From: a phage | Direction: 5' to 3' (one strand) | DNA: 64,000 bases | Sequence record: PV946933.1 | Part shown: piece by piece, positions 9,730 to 22,113 of the stretch | Numbering within the stretch: position 1 is the stretch's first letter | Layout: the number at the start of each line of letters is the position of its first letter | Made by a program: the position numbers and the translations under genes | Notes under the pieces: model-generated | Seen by the model: only the letters and a program-made list of their open reading frames with translations | Told to the model about the DNA's origin: nothing | Database searches by the model: none

Positions 9730-10647
9730 ATGGATTTAGAAATGATGCTGGATGAAGATTACAAAGAAGGAATCTGCTTAATTGACTTTAGTCAAATTGC
9801 GCTTTCAACTGCTCTAGTAAACTTCCCAGATAAAGAAAAAATTAATTTATCAATGGTTCGTCATTTGATATTGAACTCAATTAAGTTTAATGTCAAAAAA
9901 GCAAAAACTCTTGGATACACTAAAATTGTGTTGTGTATCGATAACGCAAAATCAGGATATTGGCGCCGTGATTTCGCTTATTACTATAAGAAAAACCGTG
10001 GAAAAGCACGAGAAGAATCTACTTGGGATTGGGAAGGTTATTTTGAATCCAGTCATAAAGTTATAGATGAATTGAAAGCTTATATGCCATACATTGTTAT
10101 GGATATTGATAAGTATGAAGCAGATGACCACATTGCTGTTCTTGTTAAAAAGTTCTCTTTAGAAGGACATAAAATTTTAATCATTTCATCGGATGGTGAC
10201 TTTACTCAACTTCATAAGTATCCAAATGTTAAGCAATGGTCACCGATGCATAAGAAATGGGTTAAAATTAAAAGCGGTTCTGCTGAAATTGACTGCATGA
10301 CTAAAATCCTTAAAGGCGACAAAAAAGATAACGTCGCTTCAGTTAAAGTGCGATCTGACTTTTGGTTTACCAGAGTTGAAGGTGAACGAACTCCTTCAAT
10401 GAAAACATCTATTGTTGAAGCTATTGCTAATGACCGTGAGCAAGCTAAGGTGCTTCTCACCGAATCTGAATATAATCGATACAAAGAAAATTTAGTTCTA
10501 ATTGATTTTGATTATATTCCTGATAATATTGCTTCAAACATTGTGAATTACTATAATTCATATAAATTACCACCGCGTGGCAAAATTTATTCATATTTTG
10601 TAAAAGCTGGTCTTTCTAAATTAACTAATAGCATTAATGAATTTTGA
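9730..10647 (+). CDS. rnh: RNase H (5'-3' exonuclease, flap endonuclease)
   Basis: MDLEMMLDEDYKEGICLIDFSQ... as T4 RNase H; ORF-track start 9715 is an upstream TTG, true ATG at 9730. Confidence 0.95.
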   Translation: MDLEMMLDEDYKEGICLIDFSQIALSTALVNFPDKEKINLSMVRHLILNSIKFNVKKAKTLGYTKIVLCIDNAKSGYWRRDFAYYYKKNRGKAREESTWDWEGYFESSHKVIDELKAYMPYIVMDIDKYEADDHIAVLVKKFSLEGHKILIISSDGDFTQLHKYPNVKQWSPMHKKWVKIKSGSAEIDCMTKILKGDKKDNVASVKVRSDFWFTRVEGERTPSMKTSIVEAIANDREQAKVLLTESEYNRYKENLVLIDFDYIPDNIASNIVNYYNSYKLPPRGKIYSYFVKAGLSKLTNSINEF

Positions 10648-10655
10648 GGTGAATA

Positions 10656-10925
10656 ATGGCTAAAAAAGAAATGGTTGAATTTGATGAAGCTATCCATGGC
10701 GAAGACCTGGCTAAATTTATCAAAGAAGCATCTGATCATAAACTGAAAATTTCTGGTTATAATGAATTGATTAAAGATATTCGAATTCGTGCCAAAGATG
10801 AACTTGGTGTTGATGGTAAGATGTTTAATCGTCTTTTAGCTTTGTATCATAAAGATAACCGTGATGTGTTTGAAGCTGAAACTGAAGAGGTAGTTGAACT
10901 TTATGACACAGTTTTCTCTAAATGA
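10656..10925 (+). CDS. dsbA: DsbA, double-stranded DNA binding protein (late transcription enhancer)
   Basis: 89 aa MAKKEMVEFDEAIHGEDL...; position between rnh and 33. Confidence 0.85.
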   Translation: MAKKEMVEFDEAIHGEDLAKFIKEASDHKLKISGYNELIKDIRIRAKDELGVDGKMFNRLLALYHKDNRDVFEAETEEVVELYDTVFSK

Positions 10926-11241
10926 TATTCGTCCGGTCGATGAGACCGGTCTTTCAGAAAAAGAACTTTCAATTAAGAAAGAAAAGGATGAAATAGCAAA
11001 GCTTCTTGATCGTCAAGAAAATGGATTTATCATTGAAAAAATGGTAGAAGAGTTTGGAATGAGTTATCTTGAAGCTACAACAGCATTCTTGGAAGAAAAT
11101 TCTATTCCTGAAACTCAATTTGCTAAATTTATTCCTTCGGGTATAATTGAAAAAATTCAGTCAGAAGCTATTGACGAAAATCTTTTACGTCCTTCTGTTG
11201 TTCGTTGTGAAAAAACTAATACATTAGATTTTCTACTATGA
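10903..11241 (+). CDS. 33: gp33 late transcription co-activator
   Basis: 112 aa from ATG 10903 (MTQFSLNDIRPVDETG...); overlaps dsbA end. Confidence 0.9.
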   Translation: MTQFSLNDIRPVDETGLSEKELSIKKEKDEIAKLLDRQENGFIIEKMVEEFGMSYLEATTAFLEENSIPETQFAKFIPSGIIEKIQSEAIDENLLRPSVVRCEKTNTLDFLL

Positions 11242-11891
11242 TTAAACTCCGCATGCCTGCTGGTGGTGAAAGATATATTGATGGTAAATCAGTTTATAAA
11301 TTATACTTAATGATAAAACAACATATGAATGGAAAGTATGATGTAATTAAGTATAATTGGTGCATGCGGGTGTCTGATGCCGCTTATCAAAAGCGAAGGG
11401 ATAAGTATTTTTTCCAGAAGTTATCAGAAAAATATAAATTAAAGGAACTTGCTTTAATCTTTATAAGCAATCTTGTTGCTAACCAGGATGCTTGGATTGG
11501 TGACATCTCTGACGCTGATGCACTTGTGTTTTATCGTGAATATATCGGACGCTTAAAGCAAATTAAATTTAAGTTTGAAGAAGATATTCGCAATATTTAC
11601 TATTTTAGTAAAAAAGTTGAAGTTTCTGCTTTTAAAGAAATCTTTGAGTATAATCCAAAAGTTCAATCAAGTTATATTTTTAAACTACTTCAATCGAATA
11701 TAATTTCGTTTGAGACGTTTATCTTGCTTGATTCGTTTTTAAATATAATTGATAAACATGATGAACAGACTGATAATTTAGTCTGGAATAATTATTCTAT
11801 AAAGTTAAAGGCTTATAGAAAAATTTTAAATATTGATTCACAGAAAGCTAAAAGTGTTTTTATTGAAACTGTGAAATCATGCAAGTATTAA
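11238..11891 (+). CDS. 59: gp59 helicase loader
   Basis: 217 aa MIKLRMPAGGERYIDGKSVYK... Confidence 0.93.
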   Translation: MIKLRMPAGGERYIDGKSVYKLYLMIKQHMNGKYDVIKYNWCMRVSDAAYQKRRDKYFFQKLSEKYKLKELALIFISNLVANQDAWIGDISDADALVFYREYIGRLKQIKFKFEEDIRNIYYFSKKVEVSAFKEIFEYNPKVQSSYIFKLLQSNIISFETFILLDSFLNIIDKHDEQTDNLVWNNYSIKLKAYRKILNIDSQKAKSVFIETVKSCKY

Positions 11892-11899
11892 TTGCTTAT

Positions 11900-11907
11900 T
11901 ATAAATA
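11900..11907 (+). promoter_or_regulatory. late promoter TATAAATA upstream of gene 32 (MotA-box-like TGCTTAT just 5')
   Basis: exact TATAAATA; TTGCTTAT at 11892-11899. Confidence 0.55.
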
Positions 11908-11929
11908 GATTATAATTATCTCACTGACC

Positions 11930-11990
11930 AGCTATGAGGTCATACATCGTCATAGCACCAACTGTTAATTAAATTAAAAAGGAAATAAAA
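11930..11990 (+). promoter_or_regulatory. gene 32 translational operator (hairpin/pseudoknot plus A/U-rich gp32 binding tract)
   Basis: GCTATGA...TCATAGC inverted repeat followed by TTAATTAAATTAAAAAGGAAATAAAAATG. Confidence 0.7.
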
Positions 11991-12899
11991 ATGTTTAAAC
12001 GTAAATCTACTGCTGAACTCGCTGCACAAATGGCTAAACTGGCTGGAAATAAAGGTGGTTTTTCTTCTGAAGATAAAGGCGAGTGGAAACTGAAACTCGA
12101 CAATGCGGGTAACGGTCAAGCAGTAATTCGTTTTCTTCCGTCTAAAAATGATGAACAAGCACCATTCGCAATTCTTGTAAATCACGGTTTCAAGAAAAAT
12201 GGTAAATGGTATATTGAAAACTGTTCATCTACCCACGGTGATTACGATTCTTGTCCAGTATGTCAGTACATCAGTAAAAATGATTTGTACAACACTGACA
12301 ATAAAGAGTATGGTCTTGTTAAACGCAAAACTTCTTACTGGGCTAACATTCTTGTAGTAAAAGACCCAGCTGCTCCAGAAAATGAAGGTAAAGTATTTAA
12401 ATACCGTTTCGGTAAGAAAATCTGGGATAAAATCAATGCAATGATTGCAGTTGATGTTGAAATGGGTGAAACTCCGGTTGATGTAACTTGTCCGTGGGAA
12501 GGTGCTAACTTTGTACTGAAAGTTAAACAAGTTTCTGGTTTTAGTAACTACGACGAATCTAAATTCCTGAATCAATCTGCGATTCCAAACATTGATGATG
12601 AATCTTTCCAGAAAGAACTGTTCGAACAAATGGTTGACCTTTCTGAAATGACTTCTAAAGATAAATTCAAATCGTTTGAAGAACTGAGCACTAAGTTCAG
12701 TCAAGTTATGGGAACTGCTGCTATGGGTGGTGCCGCAGCAACTGCCGCTAAGAAAGCCGATAAAGTTGCTGATGATTTGGATGCATTCAATGTTGATGAC
12801 TTCAAAACAAAAACTGAAGATGATTTTATGAGCTCAAGCTCTGGCAGTTCATCTAGTGCTGATGACACGGACCTGGATGACCTTTTGAATGACCTTTAA
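11991..12899 (+). CDS. 32: gp32 single-stranded DNA binding protein
   Basis: 302 aa [50 protein letters not shown]...; acidic C-terminus. Confidence 0.97.
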   Translation: MFKRKSTAELAAQMAKLAGNKGGFSSEDKGEWKLKLDNAGNGQAVIRFLPSKNDEQAPFAILVNHGFKKNGKWYIENCSSTHGDYDSCPVCQYISKNDLYNTDNKEYGLVKRKTSYWANILVVKDPAAPENEGKVFKYRFGKKIWDKINAMIAVDVEMGETPVDVTCPWEGANFVLKVKQVSGFSNYDESKFLNQSAIPNIDDESFQKELFEQMVDLSEMTSKDKFKSFEELSTKFSQVMGTAAMGGAAATAAKKADKVADDLDAFNVDDFKTKTEDDFMSSSSGSSSSADDTDLDDLLNDL

Positions 12900-12921
12900 T
12901 AGATTATATTACTAATTAATT

Positions 12922-12945
12922 GGGGACCCTAGAGGTCCCCTTTTT
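12922..12945 (+). terminator. rho-independent terminator after gene 32
   Basis: GGGGACC-CTAGA-GGTCCCC followed by TTTTT. Confidence 0.8.
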
Positions 12946-12970
12946 ATTTCAAAAATTTTTTCACAAAACT

Positions 12971-13000
12971 GTTTACAAGCATAAAGCTTTATGGTACTAT
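12971..13000 (+). promoter_or_regulatory. early promoter (GTTTAC, 18 bp, TACTAT) with A/T-rich upstream tract
   Basis: GTTTAC 12971-12976, TACTAT 12995-13000; 14-bp palindrome CATAAAGCTTTATG in spacer. Confidence 0.55.
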
Positions 13001-13043
13001 ACAACTATCGGCAATACTGCTGATGATTAAAGAGGAAAATAAC

Positions 13044-13274
13044 ATGGCTAAAGTTGATATTGACATCGTTGATTTTGAATATATTGAAGAAATTATTCGT
13101 AATCGTTATCCTGAACTTAGTATCACAAGTATTCATGATGATCCCAATTATTGCAATTTTTCTATTGTCATTGAAGGTCCTCTTGAAGACCTCACCCGCT
13201 TTATGGCTAATGAATATTGTGATGGTATGGATGCTGAAGACGCAGAATTTTACATGGGACTGATTGAACAATAA
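13044..13274 (+). CDS. frd.3: small early protein (frd.3-like), unknown function
   Basis: 76 aa from ATG 13044 with SD GAGG (track start 13023 is further upstream). Confidence 0.6.
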   Translation: MAKVDIDIVDFEYIEEIIRNRYPELSITSIHDDPNYCNFSIVIEGPLEDLTRFMANEYCDGMDAEDAEFYMGLIEQ

Positions 13275-13318
13275 CTATCAAGGGGCTATTACAGCCCCGT
13301 TAAAATGAGGAAAACGTA

Positions 13319-13684
13319 ATGTATATTGGCAAAAAGTATGAACTTGTTCCAAGACTTATTGATACATTTATTAATTATCGCCCACGTTCTAATTCATCAA
13401 TAGTTAAAATTATTCAAGAAAATGGCGGATGGTTTGAAGTTAAAGAAGCTTTCTCTGCTGATGGATTTAGAGTAATAAAACACATTGAATGCGCAAATGG
13501 AAAGCATTTTTATTTCAACGTCTGCGAAGACGAATTTCATTGTTTCCGCGAGTATAAAGAACCAACTTCTGAAGAAGATGAAGTCGAAGATAAGATTTCT
13601 GGCGTAACAAAAATTCACTGCATTGTAGACGAAAACAATGTAGATGAAATCATTGAACTTTTGCGAAAAACTTTCAAAAAGTAG
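13319..13684 (+). CDS. hypothetical early protein (frd.2-like)
   Basis: 121 aa ORF, RBS present, in frd.x cluster. Confidence 0.6.
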   Translation: MYIGKKYELVPRLIDTFINYRPRSNSSIVKIIQENGGWFEVKEAFSADGFRVIKHIECANGKHFYFNVCEDEFHCFREYKEPTSEEDEVEDKISGVTKIHCIVDENNVDEIIELLRKTFKK

Positions 13685-13713
13685 TTTACAGAAGGGTAGT
13701 AGTGTGATACTAT
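13684..13713 (+). promoter_or_regulatory. early promoter (GTTTAC, 18 bp, TACTAT) flanked by inverted repeat AGGGTA/TACCCT
   Basis: GTTTAC 13684-13689; TACTAT 13708-13713. Confidence 0.5.
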
Positions 13714-13738
13714 TACCCTATCAACTAAGGAGAATAAA

Positions 13739-13981
13739 ATGAGATTACAACGCCAGAGCATCAAAGATTCAGAAGTTAGAGGTAAATGGTATTTTAATAT
13801 CATCGGTAAAGATTCTGAACTTGTTGAAAAAGCTGAACGTCTTTTGCGTGATATGGGATGGGAAGATGAATGCGATGGATGTCCTCTTTATGAAGATGGA
13901 GAAAGCGCAGGATTCTGGATTTACCATTCTGATGTTGATCAGTTTAAAGCTGATTGGAAAACTGTGAAAAAGTCTGTTTGA
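13739..13981 (+). CDS. hypothetical small early protein
   Basis: 80 aa; RBS AAGGAGAATAAAATG. Confidence 0.6.
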   Translation: MRLQRQSIKDSEVRGKWYFNIIGKDSELVEKAERLLRDMGWEDECDGCPLYEDGESAGFWIYHSDVDQFKADWKTVKKSV

Positions 13982-13991
13982 GGAAAATATT

Positions 13992-14327
13992 ATGTCTGAC
14001 ATTCATGTAACTGGAATTTCCCAAGTAAACATTCGCTGCCAATTTAAAACTGTACCTGGGGTGACTCATATTACTTTATCACACGACCCATATTCTCGTG
14101 GAAGACAGTTAACTGGCGTAATTAAGTTTTTCGGTGGAATTGGCGGAAACGAATTTACTATAGGCGATGACGAAATTGTTGGTTGTAAATTAAAAGTTCA
14201 GAAGGGCGTGTTAGAACTTTTTAGTGATGAAGTTTTTGATGAAATTTCACGAGCAGTTAATAAAGGAATGTTAACATTAATTAAAATGATTAAAGCTAGT
14301 GGATATGTTCCCGATCCTTTATATTAG
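13992..14327 (+). CDS. hypothetical early protein (frd.1-like)
   Basis: 111 aa; SD GAGG. Confidence 0.6.
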   Translation: MSDIHVTGISQVNIRCQFKTVPGVTHITLSHDPYSRGRQLTGVIKFFGGIGGNEFTIGDDEIVGCKLKVQKGVLELFSDEVFDEISRAVNKGMLTLIKMIKASGYVPDPLY

Positions 14328-14335
14328 GAGATAAA

Positions 14336-14578
14336 ATGATTTTTGTATTTGAATTTATGAATGATGAATTTGATTATGCAATTTTTAACGCATTGTATAA
14401 TCCTGATTTAAATGAATTTAATGAAATGTTTTCTGACGCTTTGAGTATGTCAGAAGAATACTGTGGAGAATGTCAACGTGTTTGTGTGACAGTCTTTGAA
14501 AACAAAGAAAAGACTTATGAAGAATTATTCTTTGACGCTAATAAAGCCACTGAATGGTTTATTGAAAGGGGGTTTTGA
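14336..14578 (+). CDS. hypothetical small acidic protein
   Basis: 80 aa; SD AGGAG. Confidence 0.55.
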   Translation: MIFVFEFMNDEFDYAIFNALYNPDLNEFNEMFSDALSMSEEYCGECQRVCVTVFENKEKTYEELFFDANKATEWFIERGF

Positions 14579-15168
<590 letters not shown>

Positions 15169-15186
15169 TAACGCGTGGCGGAAAAT

Positions 15187-15537
15187 ATGAACTTTAATTA
15201 TTATCCTATTCTATTAGAAAAAGACGCGAAACAACCAAAATGGCAGGGTCCTCAGTTTATCAAAGGCGTCTATCAATTAGTAGTTCCCAAAGACAAGATT
15301 TATAGCAGCAGTTATTGCACTGAATCCGCTTGCAGTATTTTCGGTAATAGTTCTCCGTATTGGAATTTTGATATAAAACTGGATAGAAATATCGATATTT
15401 GGTTGAAAGCTATGGATATTGGCAATATTACGTTTGATGAGAATAATTATCATATTATTGGTCGCTTTTCCAAACGCGGTAAAGAATTGTATTTCACGCC
15501 TGAAATTGAAAGAAAATTTGATGCTAAACCGTATTGA
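15187..15537 (+). CDS. hypothetical protein in the frd/td insertion (no recognisable motif)
   Basis: 116 aa from ATG 15187 (track gives GTG start 15175, 120 aa); lies between frd and td. Confidence 0.55.
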   Translation: MNFNYYPILLEKDAKQPKWQGPQFIKGVYQLVVPKDKIYSSSYCTESACSIFGNSSPYWNFDIKLDRNIDIWLKAMDIGNITFDENNYHIIGRFSKRGKELYFTPEIERKFDAKPY

Positions 15538-15578
15538 TTATTTAGCTTCATAAAATGTATTATAATTTATATAAGGTA

Positions 15579-15587
15579 CTAAATGAA
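15579..15587 (+). repeat. direct repeat TAAATGAAA, copy 2 (td start)
   Basis: see copy 1. Confidence 0.6.
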
Positions 15588-16443
15588 ACAATACCAAGAT
15601 TTAATTAAAGACATTTTTGAAAATGGCTATGAAACCGATGACCGAACAGGCACAGGAACAATTGCTTTGTTCGGTACTAAATTACGATGGGATTTAACTA
15701 AAGGTTTTCCTGCAGTAACGACTAAGAAGCTCGCCTGGAAAGCTTGCATTGCTGAGCTAATATGGTTTTTATCGGGAAGCACAAATGTAAATGATTTGCG
15801 ATTAATTCAACATGATTCATTAATTCAAGGCAAAACAGTCTGGGATGAAAATTATGAAAATCAAGCAAAAGATTTAGGATATCATAGTGGTGAACTTGGT
15901 CCAATTTATGGAAAACAATGGCGCGATTTTGGTGGTGTAGACCAAATTATAGAAGTTGTTGATCGTATTAAAAAACTGCCAAATGATAGACGTCAAATTG
16001 TTTCAGCATGGAATCCGGCAGAACTCAAGCAGATGGCATTGCCACCTTGTCATATGTTCTATCAGTTTAATGTGCGTAATGGCTATTTGGATTTGCAGTG
16101 GTATCAACGCTCGGTAGATGTTTTCCTCGGTCTTCCATTTAATATTGCATCATATGCTGCGTTAGCTCATATTGTAGCTAAGATGTGTAATCTTATTCCG
16201 GGAGATTTGATATTTTCTGGTGGTAATACTCATATCTATATGAATCACGTAGAACAATGTAAAGAAATTTTACGTCGTGAACCTATGGATTTATGTGAAT
16301 TACAATTAAAATTTCCAGATGAATTTGATGAATGGGGCACAGAATCTCAGGTATTTTGGTTGAGTCAATTCGCAAAGCCACATAATTTTGTTCTTAACAA
16401 CTATGTATCTCATCCGCCAATTAAAGGAAAGATGGCGGTGTAA
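15583..16443 (+). CDS. td: thymidylate synthase, uninterrupted (no intron)
   Basis: 286 aa continuous ORF MKQYQDLIKDIFENGYETDDRTGTGT... Confidence 0.96.
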   Translation: MKQYQDLIKDIFENGYETDDRTGTGTIALFGTKLRWDLTKGFPAVTTKKLAWKACIAELIWFLSGSTNVNDLRLIQHDSLIQGKTVWDENYENQAKDLGYHSGELGPIYGKQWRDFGGVDQIIEVVDRIKKLPNDRRQIVSAWNPAELKQMALPPCHMFYQFNVRNGYLDLQWYQRSVDVFLGLPFNIASYAALAHIVAKMCNLIPGDLIFSGGNTHIYMNHVEQCKEILRREPMDLCELQLKFPDEFDEWGTESQVFWLSQFAKPHNFVLNNYVSHPPIKGKMAV

Positions 16444-16466
16444 TTTTAATTTAATTGAGAGGATAT

Positions 16467-16730
16467 ATGATTTTACGATTTAAAGATACTTCTGGTGTAG
16501 TTCTTTTTACACTTCCTAACCCAAGCGAGTTAGAAGTTCCAGGACCAAATCAGCCTATTATCATTTATGGCAAAAAATATTATACTCATAAAATGACTCG
16601 TGAGTATTTTGATAATAAAATTTCTACAGTTAAAACTTCTTCAGATTGTTATTATGATATTACTGTTTTAACGGAAAAACAATATGACGAATTATCACCG
16701 CGCGGGCCGTCTATGCCAAGTAGTGAATAA
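16467..16730 (+). CDS. hypothetical protein (nrdA.x-like)
   Basis: ATG 16467 with SD GAGAGGA (track start 16455 is TTG). Confidence 0.55.
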   Translation: MILRFKDTSGVVLFTLPNPSELEVPGPNQPIIIYGKKYYTHKMTREYFDNKISTVKTSSDCYYDITVLTEKQYDELSPRGPSMPSSE

Positions 16731-17010
16731 ATATAAATCCGACTTTGATGTTAATATTCACCGTGGTACATTTTGGGGAAATTACGTCGGTAAAGATGCT
16801 GGCAGCCGGGAGGCTGCCATTGAATTATTCAAAAAAGATTTTATACGTCGAATTAAATCCGGAGAAATAACTAAAGCACATTTAGAGCCTTTACGTGGAA
16901 TGAGGCTAGGATGCACATGTAAACCAAAGCCGTGTCATGGTGATATAATAGCTCATATAGTTAACCGATTGTTTAAAGACGATTTTCAAGTTGAGGACTT
17001 ATGCAATTAA
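16684..17010 (+). CDS. hypothetical Cys/His-motif protein (nrdA.x-like)
   Basis: 108 aa; motif [14 protein letters not shown]; overlaps upstream ORF by 47 nt. Confidence 0.55.
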   Translation: MTNYHRAGRLCQVVNKYKSDFDVNIHRGTFWGNYVGKDAGSREAAIELFKKDFIRRIKSGEITKAHLEPLRGMRLGCTCKPKPCHGDIIAHIVNRLFKDDFQVEDLCN

Positions 17011-19265
17011 TTAATGTTATCAAAAGTAGTGGTGTTTCTCAGAGCTTTGATCCACAAAAAATTATTAAAGTTTTATCTTGGGCAGCTGAAGGAACATCTG
17101 TAGATCCTTATGAATTATATGAAAATATTAAATCATATCTCCGTGATGGAATGACCACTGATGACATTCAAACCATTGTAATTAAGGCTGCTGCGAATTC
17201 TATTTCGGTTGAAGAGCCTGATTATCAATATGTAGCTGCGCGCTGTTTAATGTTTGCTCTTCGTAAGCATGTTTACGGACAATATGAACCACGTTCATTT
17301 ATTGATCATATTTCTTACTGTGTAAATGAAGGTAAATATGACCCTGAATTGTTGTCAAAATATTCTGCAGAAGAAATTACATTTTTAGAATCAAAAATTA
17401 AGCACGAGCGGGATATGGAATTTACTTATTCCGGGGCGATGCAATTAAAAGAAAAATATCTCGTTAAAGATAAAACCACTGGTCAAATTTATGAAACTCC
17501 GCAGTTTGCATTTATGACTATTGGAATGGCATTGCATCAAGATGAACCTGTTGATAGATTAAAACACGTTATCCGTTTTTATGAAGCAGTATCTACTCGA
17601 CAGATTTCATTGCCAACTCCTATTATGGCTGGCTGTCGTACTCCGACTCGGCAATTTAGCTCGTGTGTTGTTATTGAAGCAGGTGATTCGCTGAAGTCTA
17701 TCAATAAGGCTTCCGCTTCAATTGTTGAATATATCTCCAAACGCGCTGGAATTGGTATTAACGTTGGTATGATTCGTGCCGAAGGTTCTAAGATTGGCAC
17801 AGGTGAAGTGCGTCATACTGGTGTTATTCCTTTTTGGAAACATTTTCAGACTGCTGTTAAATCATGTTCACAGGGCGGAATTCGTGGCGGCGCTGCTACT
17901 GCTTATTATCCTATTTGGCATTTGGAAGTTGAAAATCTTCTCGTTTTGAAAAATAACAAAGGCGTAGAAGAAAACCGTATCCGTCATATGGATTATGGCG
18001 TTCAGCTGAATGATTTGATGATGGAACGATTCGGAAAGAACGATTACATTACTTTGTTTAGTCCGCATGAAATGGGTGGCGAACTTTATTATTCTTATTT
18101 TAAAGACCAAGACCGTTTCCGTGAATTATACGAAGCAGCAGAAAAAGATCCTAATATTCGTAAAAAGCGTATTAAAGCCCGTGAACTATTTGAATTGCTC
18201 ATGACTGAACGCTCAGGAACAGCAAGGATTTATGTACAGTTCATTGATAATACGAATAACTATACTCCATTTATTCGTGAAAAGGCACCTATTCGTCAGA
18301 GTAACTTGTGTTGTGAAATTGCTATTCCAACAAATGATGTGAATAGTCCTGATGCTGAAATTGGATTGTGTACGTTATCTGCATTTGTGTTGGATAACTT
18401 CGATTGGCAAGACCAAGATAAAATTAATGAATTAGCAGAAGTTCAAGTTCGCGCTCTTGATAATCTTTTGGATTACCAAGGATATCCAGTTCCTGAAGCA
18501 GAAAAAGCTAAAAAGCGTCGAAACCTTGGTGTAGGTGTTACTAACTATGCAGCTTGGCTGGCAAGTAATTTTGCTTCTTATGAAGATGCTAACGATTTAA
18601 CACATGAACTATTTGAGAGATTACAGTATGGACTCATTAAAGCATCCATTAAACTCGCCAAAGAAAAAGGACCTTGCGAATATTATTCAGACACTCGTTG
18701 GTCTCGAGGCGAATTACCTATCGACTGGTACAATAAAAAGATTGACCAAATCGCAGCTCCAAAATACGTTTGTGACTGGTCGGCGCTGCGGGAAGACCTT
18801 AAGCTCTTTGGCATCCGTAATAGCACATTATCAGCACTTATGCCATGTGAGTCATCTTCCCAAGTTTCTAACAGTACAAACGGTATCGAGCCTCCACGTG
18901 GACCAGTCTCTGTTAAAGAATCAAAAGAGGGTTCCTTTAATCAAGTCGTGCCCAATATTGAGCATAACATAGACCTCTATGATTATACGTGGAAATTAGC
19001 TAAGAAAGGTAATAAACCTTATCTTACGCAAGTAGCTATTATGTTGAAATGGGTATGTCAATCAGCTTCAGCGAATACATATTATGACCCGCAGATTTTT
19101 CCAAAAGGAAAGGTTCCAATGTCTGTAATGATTGATGACCTTTTGTACTTTTGGTATTTTGGCGGAAAAAATTTCTATTATCATAATACCCGCGACGGTT
19201 CTGGTACTGATGATTATGAAATAGAAACTCCAAAAGCTGAAGATTGTTCATCCTGTAAATTATGA
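17001..19265 (+). CDS. nrdA: aerobic ribonucleotide reductase large subunit
   Basis: 754 aa, T4 NrdA length and sequence. Confidence 0.97.
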   Translation: MQLINVIKSSGVSQSFDPQKIIKVLSWAAEGTSVDPYELYENIKSYLRDGMTTDDIQTIVIKAAANSISVEEPDYQYVAARCLMFALRKHVYGQYEPRSFIDHISYCVNEGKYDPELLSKYSAEEITFLESKIKHERDMEFTYSGAMQLKEKYLVKDKTTGQIYETPQFAFMTIGMALHQDEPVDRLKHVIRFYEAVSTRQISLPTPIMAGCRTPTRQFSSCVVIEAGDSLKSINKASASIVEYISKRAGIGINVGMIRAEGSKIGTGEVRHTGVIPFWKHFQTAVKSCSQGGIRGGAATAYYPIWHLEVENLLVLKNNKGVEENRIRHMDYGVQLNDLMMERFGKNDYITLFSPHEMGGELYYSYFKDQDRFRELYEAAEKDPNIRKKRIKARELFELLMTERSGTARIYVQFIDNTNNYTPFIREKAPIRQSNLCCEIAIPTNDVNSPDAEIGLCTLSAFVLDNFDWQDQDKINELAEVQVRALDNLLDYQGYPVPEAEKAKKRRNLGVGVTNYAAWLASNFASYEDANDLTHELFERLQYGLIKASIKLAKEKGPCEYYSDTRWSRGELPIDWYNKKIDQIAAPKYVCDWSALREDLKLFGIRNSTLSALMPCESSSQVSNSTNGIEPPRGPVSVKESKEGSFNQVVPNIEHNIDLYDYTWKLAKKGNKPYLTQVAIMLKWVCQSASANTYYDPQIFPKGKVPMSVMIDDLLYFWYFGGKNFYYHNTRDGSGTDDYEIETPKAEDCSSCKL

Positions 19266-19316
19266 TATAATTTGACTCACGGACGAGTCACTATCTATTA
19301 ACTAAGCGGAAAATTT

Positions 19317-20495
19317 ATGAGCACAGTTTTTAATACAAATCCAGTTGATGTTTTAAAAGAACCTATGTTCTTTGGTTCAGGTCTTGGTATTGCGCGTTAT
19401 GATATTCAACGCCATAAAGTTTTTGAAGATTTAACCGAAAAGCAGTTGTCATTTTTCTGGCGTCCTGAAGAAGTAAACTTAATGATGGATGCTGCACAAT
19501 TTAACAAGCTTCCTCAATATCAGCAAGATATTTTTACTAATAACCTGAAGTATCAATCACTTCTAGATAGCATTCAGGGTCGTGCACCGTCTGCTGTACT
19601 TATGTCATTAATTTCAGACCCAAGTCTTGATACATGGGTTGCTACATGGACTTTTAGTGAAACTATTCACAGCCGTTCATATACCCATATCATGCGAAAT
19701 CTTTATACTGATCCGTCAAAGGTATTTGATGAGATTGTATTAGATGAAGATATTATGAAACGCGCTGAGTCCATTGGTCGCTATTACGATGATGTTCTTA
19801 AGAAGACCCGTGAATGGGAAAATGCTAAAGAATTTGTAGAACTAGCTAAAGAATCTCCTGATGCTGATTTTCGTTTAAATCGAGCTATTAAACAAGAAGC
19901 CGAAGCCAAACGTGCTTTAATGAAATCTCTTTATCTTTGCCTTCATGTAATCAATGCATTGGAAGCTATTCGTTTTTATGTATCTTTCGCATGTACCTTT
20001 AACTTCCATAAGAACATGGAAATCATGGAAGGTAATGCCAAGATTATGAAGTTCATTGCGCGTGATGAGCAACTTCATCTTAAAGGCACTCAATATATTA
20101 TTCGTCAACTTCAACTTGGCACTGATGGTGATGAATGGGTTAAAATTGCTCAAGAGTGTGAACAAGAAGCAGTTGATATTTTCATGGAAGTTAACCGTCA
20201 AGAAAAAGACTGGGCAGTTCATTTATTTAAAGATGGCGATGTTCCTGGATTAAATACAAATAGCATGTGGAGCTTTATTGATTACTTAACTGTATCTCGT
20301 ATGAAACAGTGCGGTCTTCCATGCCCAATTACCGATGCTCCTGTTAAACACCCGTATCCTTGGATTCGTGAATACCTTAATTCTGATAATGTTCAATCCG
20401 CGCCGCAAGAAGTAGAACTGTCATCTTACCTTGTTGCACAGATTGATAATGATGTTGATGATAAAGTTATGATGAGTTTTAAAAAATATTTTTAA
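19317..20495 (+). CDS. nrdB: aerobic ribonucleotide reductase small subunit, uninterrupted (no intron)
   Basis: 392 aa continuous ORF. Confidence 0.96.
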   Translation: MSTVFNTNPVDVLKEPMFFGSGLGIARYDIQRHKVFEDLTEKQLSFFWRPEEVNLMMDAAQFNKLPQYQQDIFTNNLKYQSLLDSIQGRAPSAVLMSLISDPSLDTWVATWTFSETIHSRSYTHIMRNLYTDPSKVFDEIVLDEDIMKRAESIGRYYDDVLKKTREWENAKEFVELAKESPDADFRLNRAIKQEAEAKRALMKSLYLCLHVINALEAIRFYVSFACTFNFHKNMEIMEGNAKIMKFIARDEQLHLKGTQYIIRQLQLGTDGDEWVKIAQECEQEAVDIFMEVNRQEKDWAVHLFKDGDVPGLNTNSMWSFIDYLTVSRMKQCGLPCPITDAPVKHPYPWIREYLNSDNVQSAPQEVELSSYLVAQIDNDVDDKVMMSFKKYF

Positions 20496-20500
20496 GGAGT

Positions 20501-20514
20501 GGGCCGCAAGGCCC
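20501..20514 (+). promoter_or_regulatory. GNRA-tetraloop hairpin GGGCC-GCAA-GGCCC between nrdB and denA
   Basis: 5-bp GC stem, no strong U-run; likely RNA stability or processing element. Confidence 0.45.
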
Positions 20515-20522
20515 ATTTTATT

Positions 20523-22110
<1,588 letters not shown>

Positions 22111-22113
22111 GCT

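Noticed and set aside
12922-12945. GC-rich stem-loops as possible tRNA genes
   Set aside because: They are short tetraloop hairpins with flanking U-runs at gene ends; none has cloverleaf length or arms.
15583-16443. Group I intron and I-TevI in td
   Set aside because: Looked for because T4 has one; the ORF is continuous and of full length, so no intron is present.
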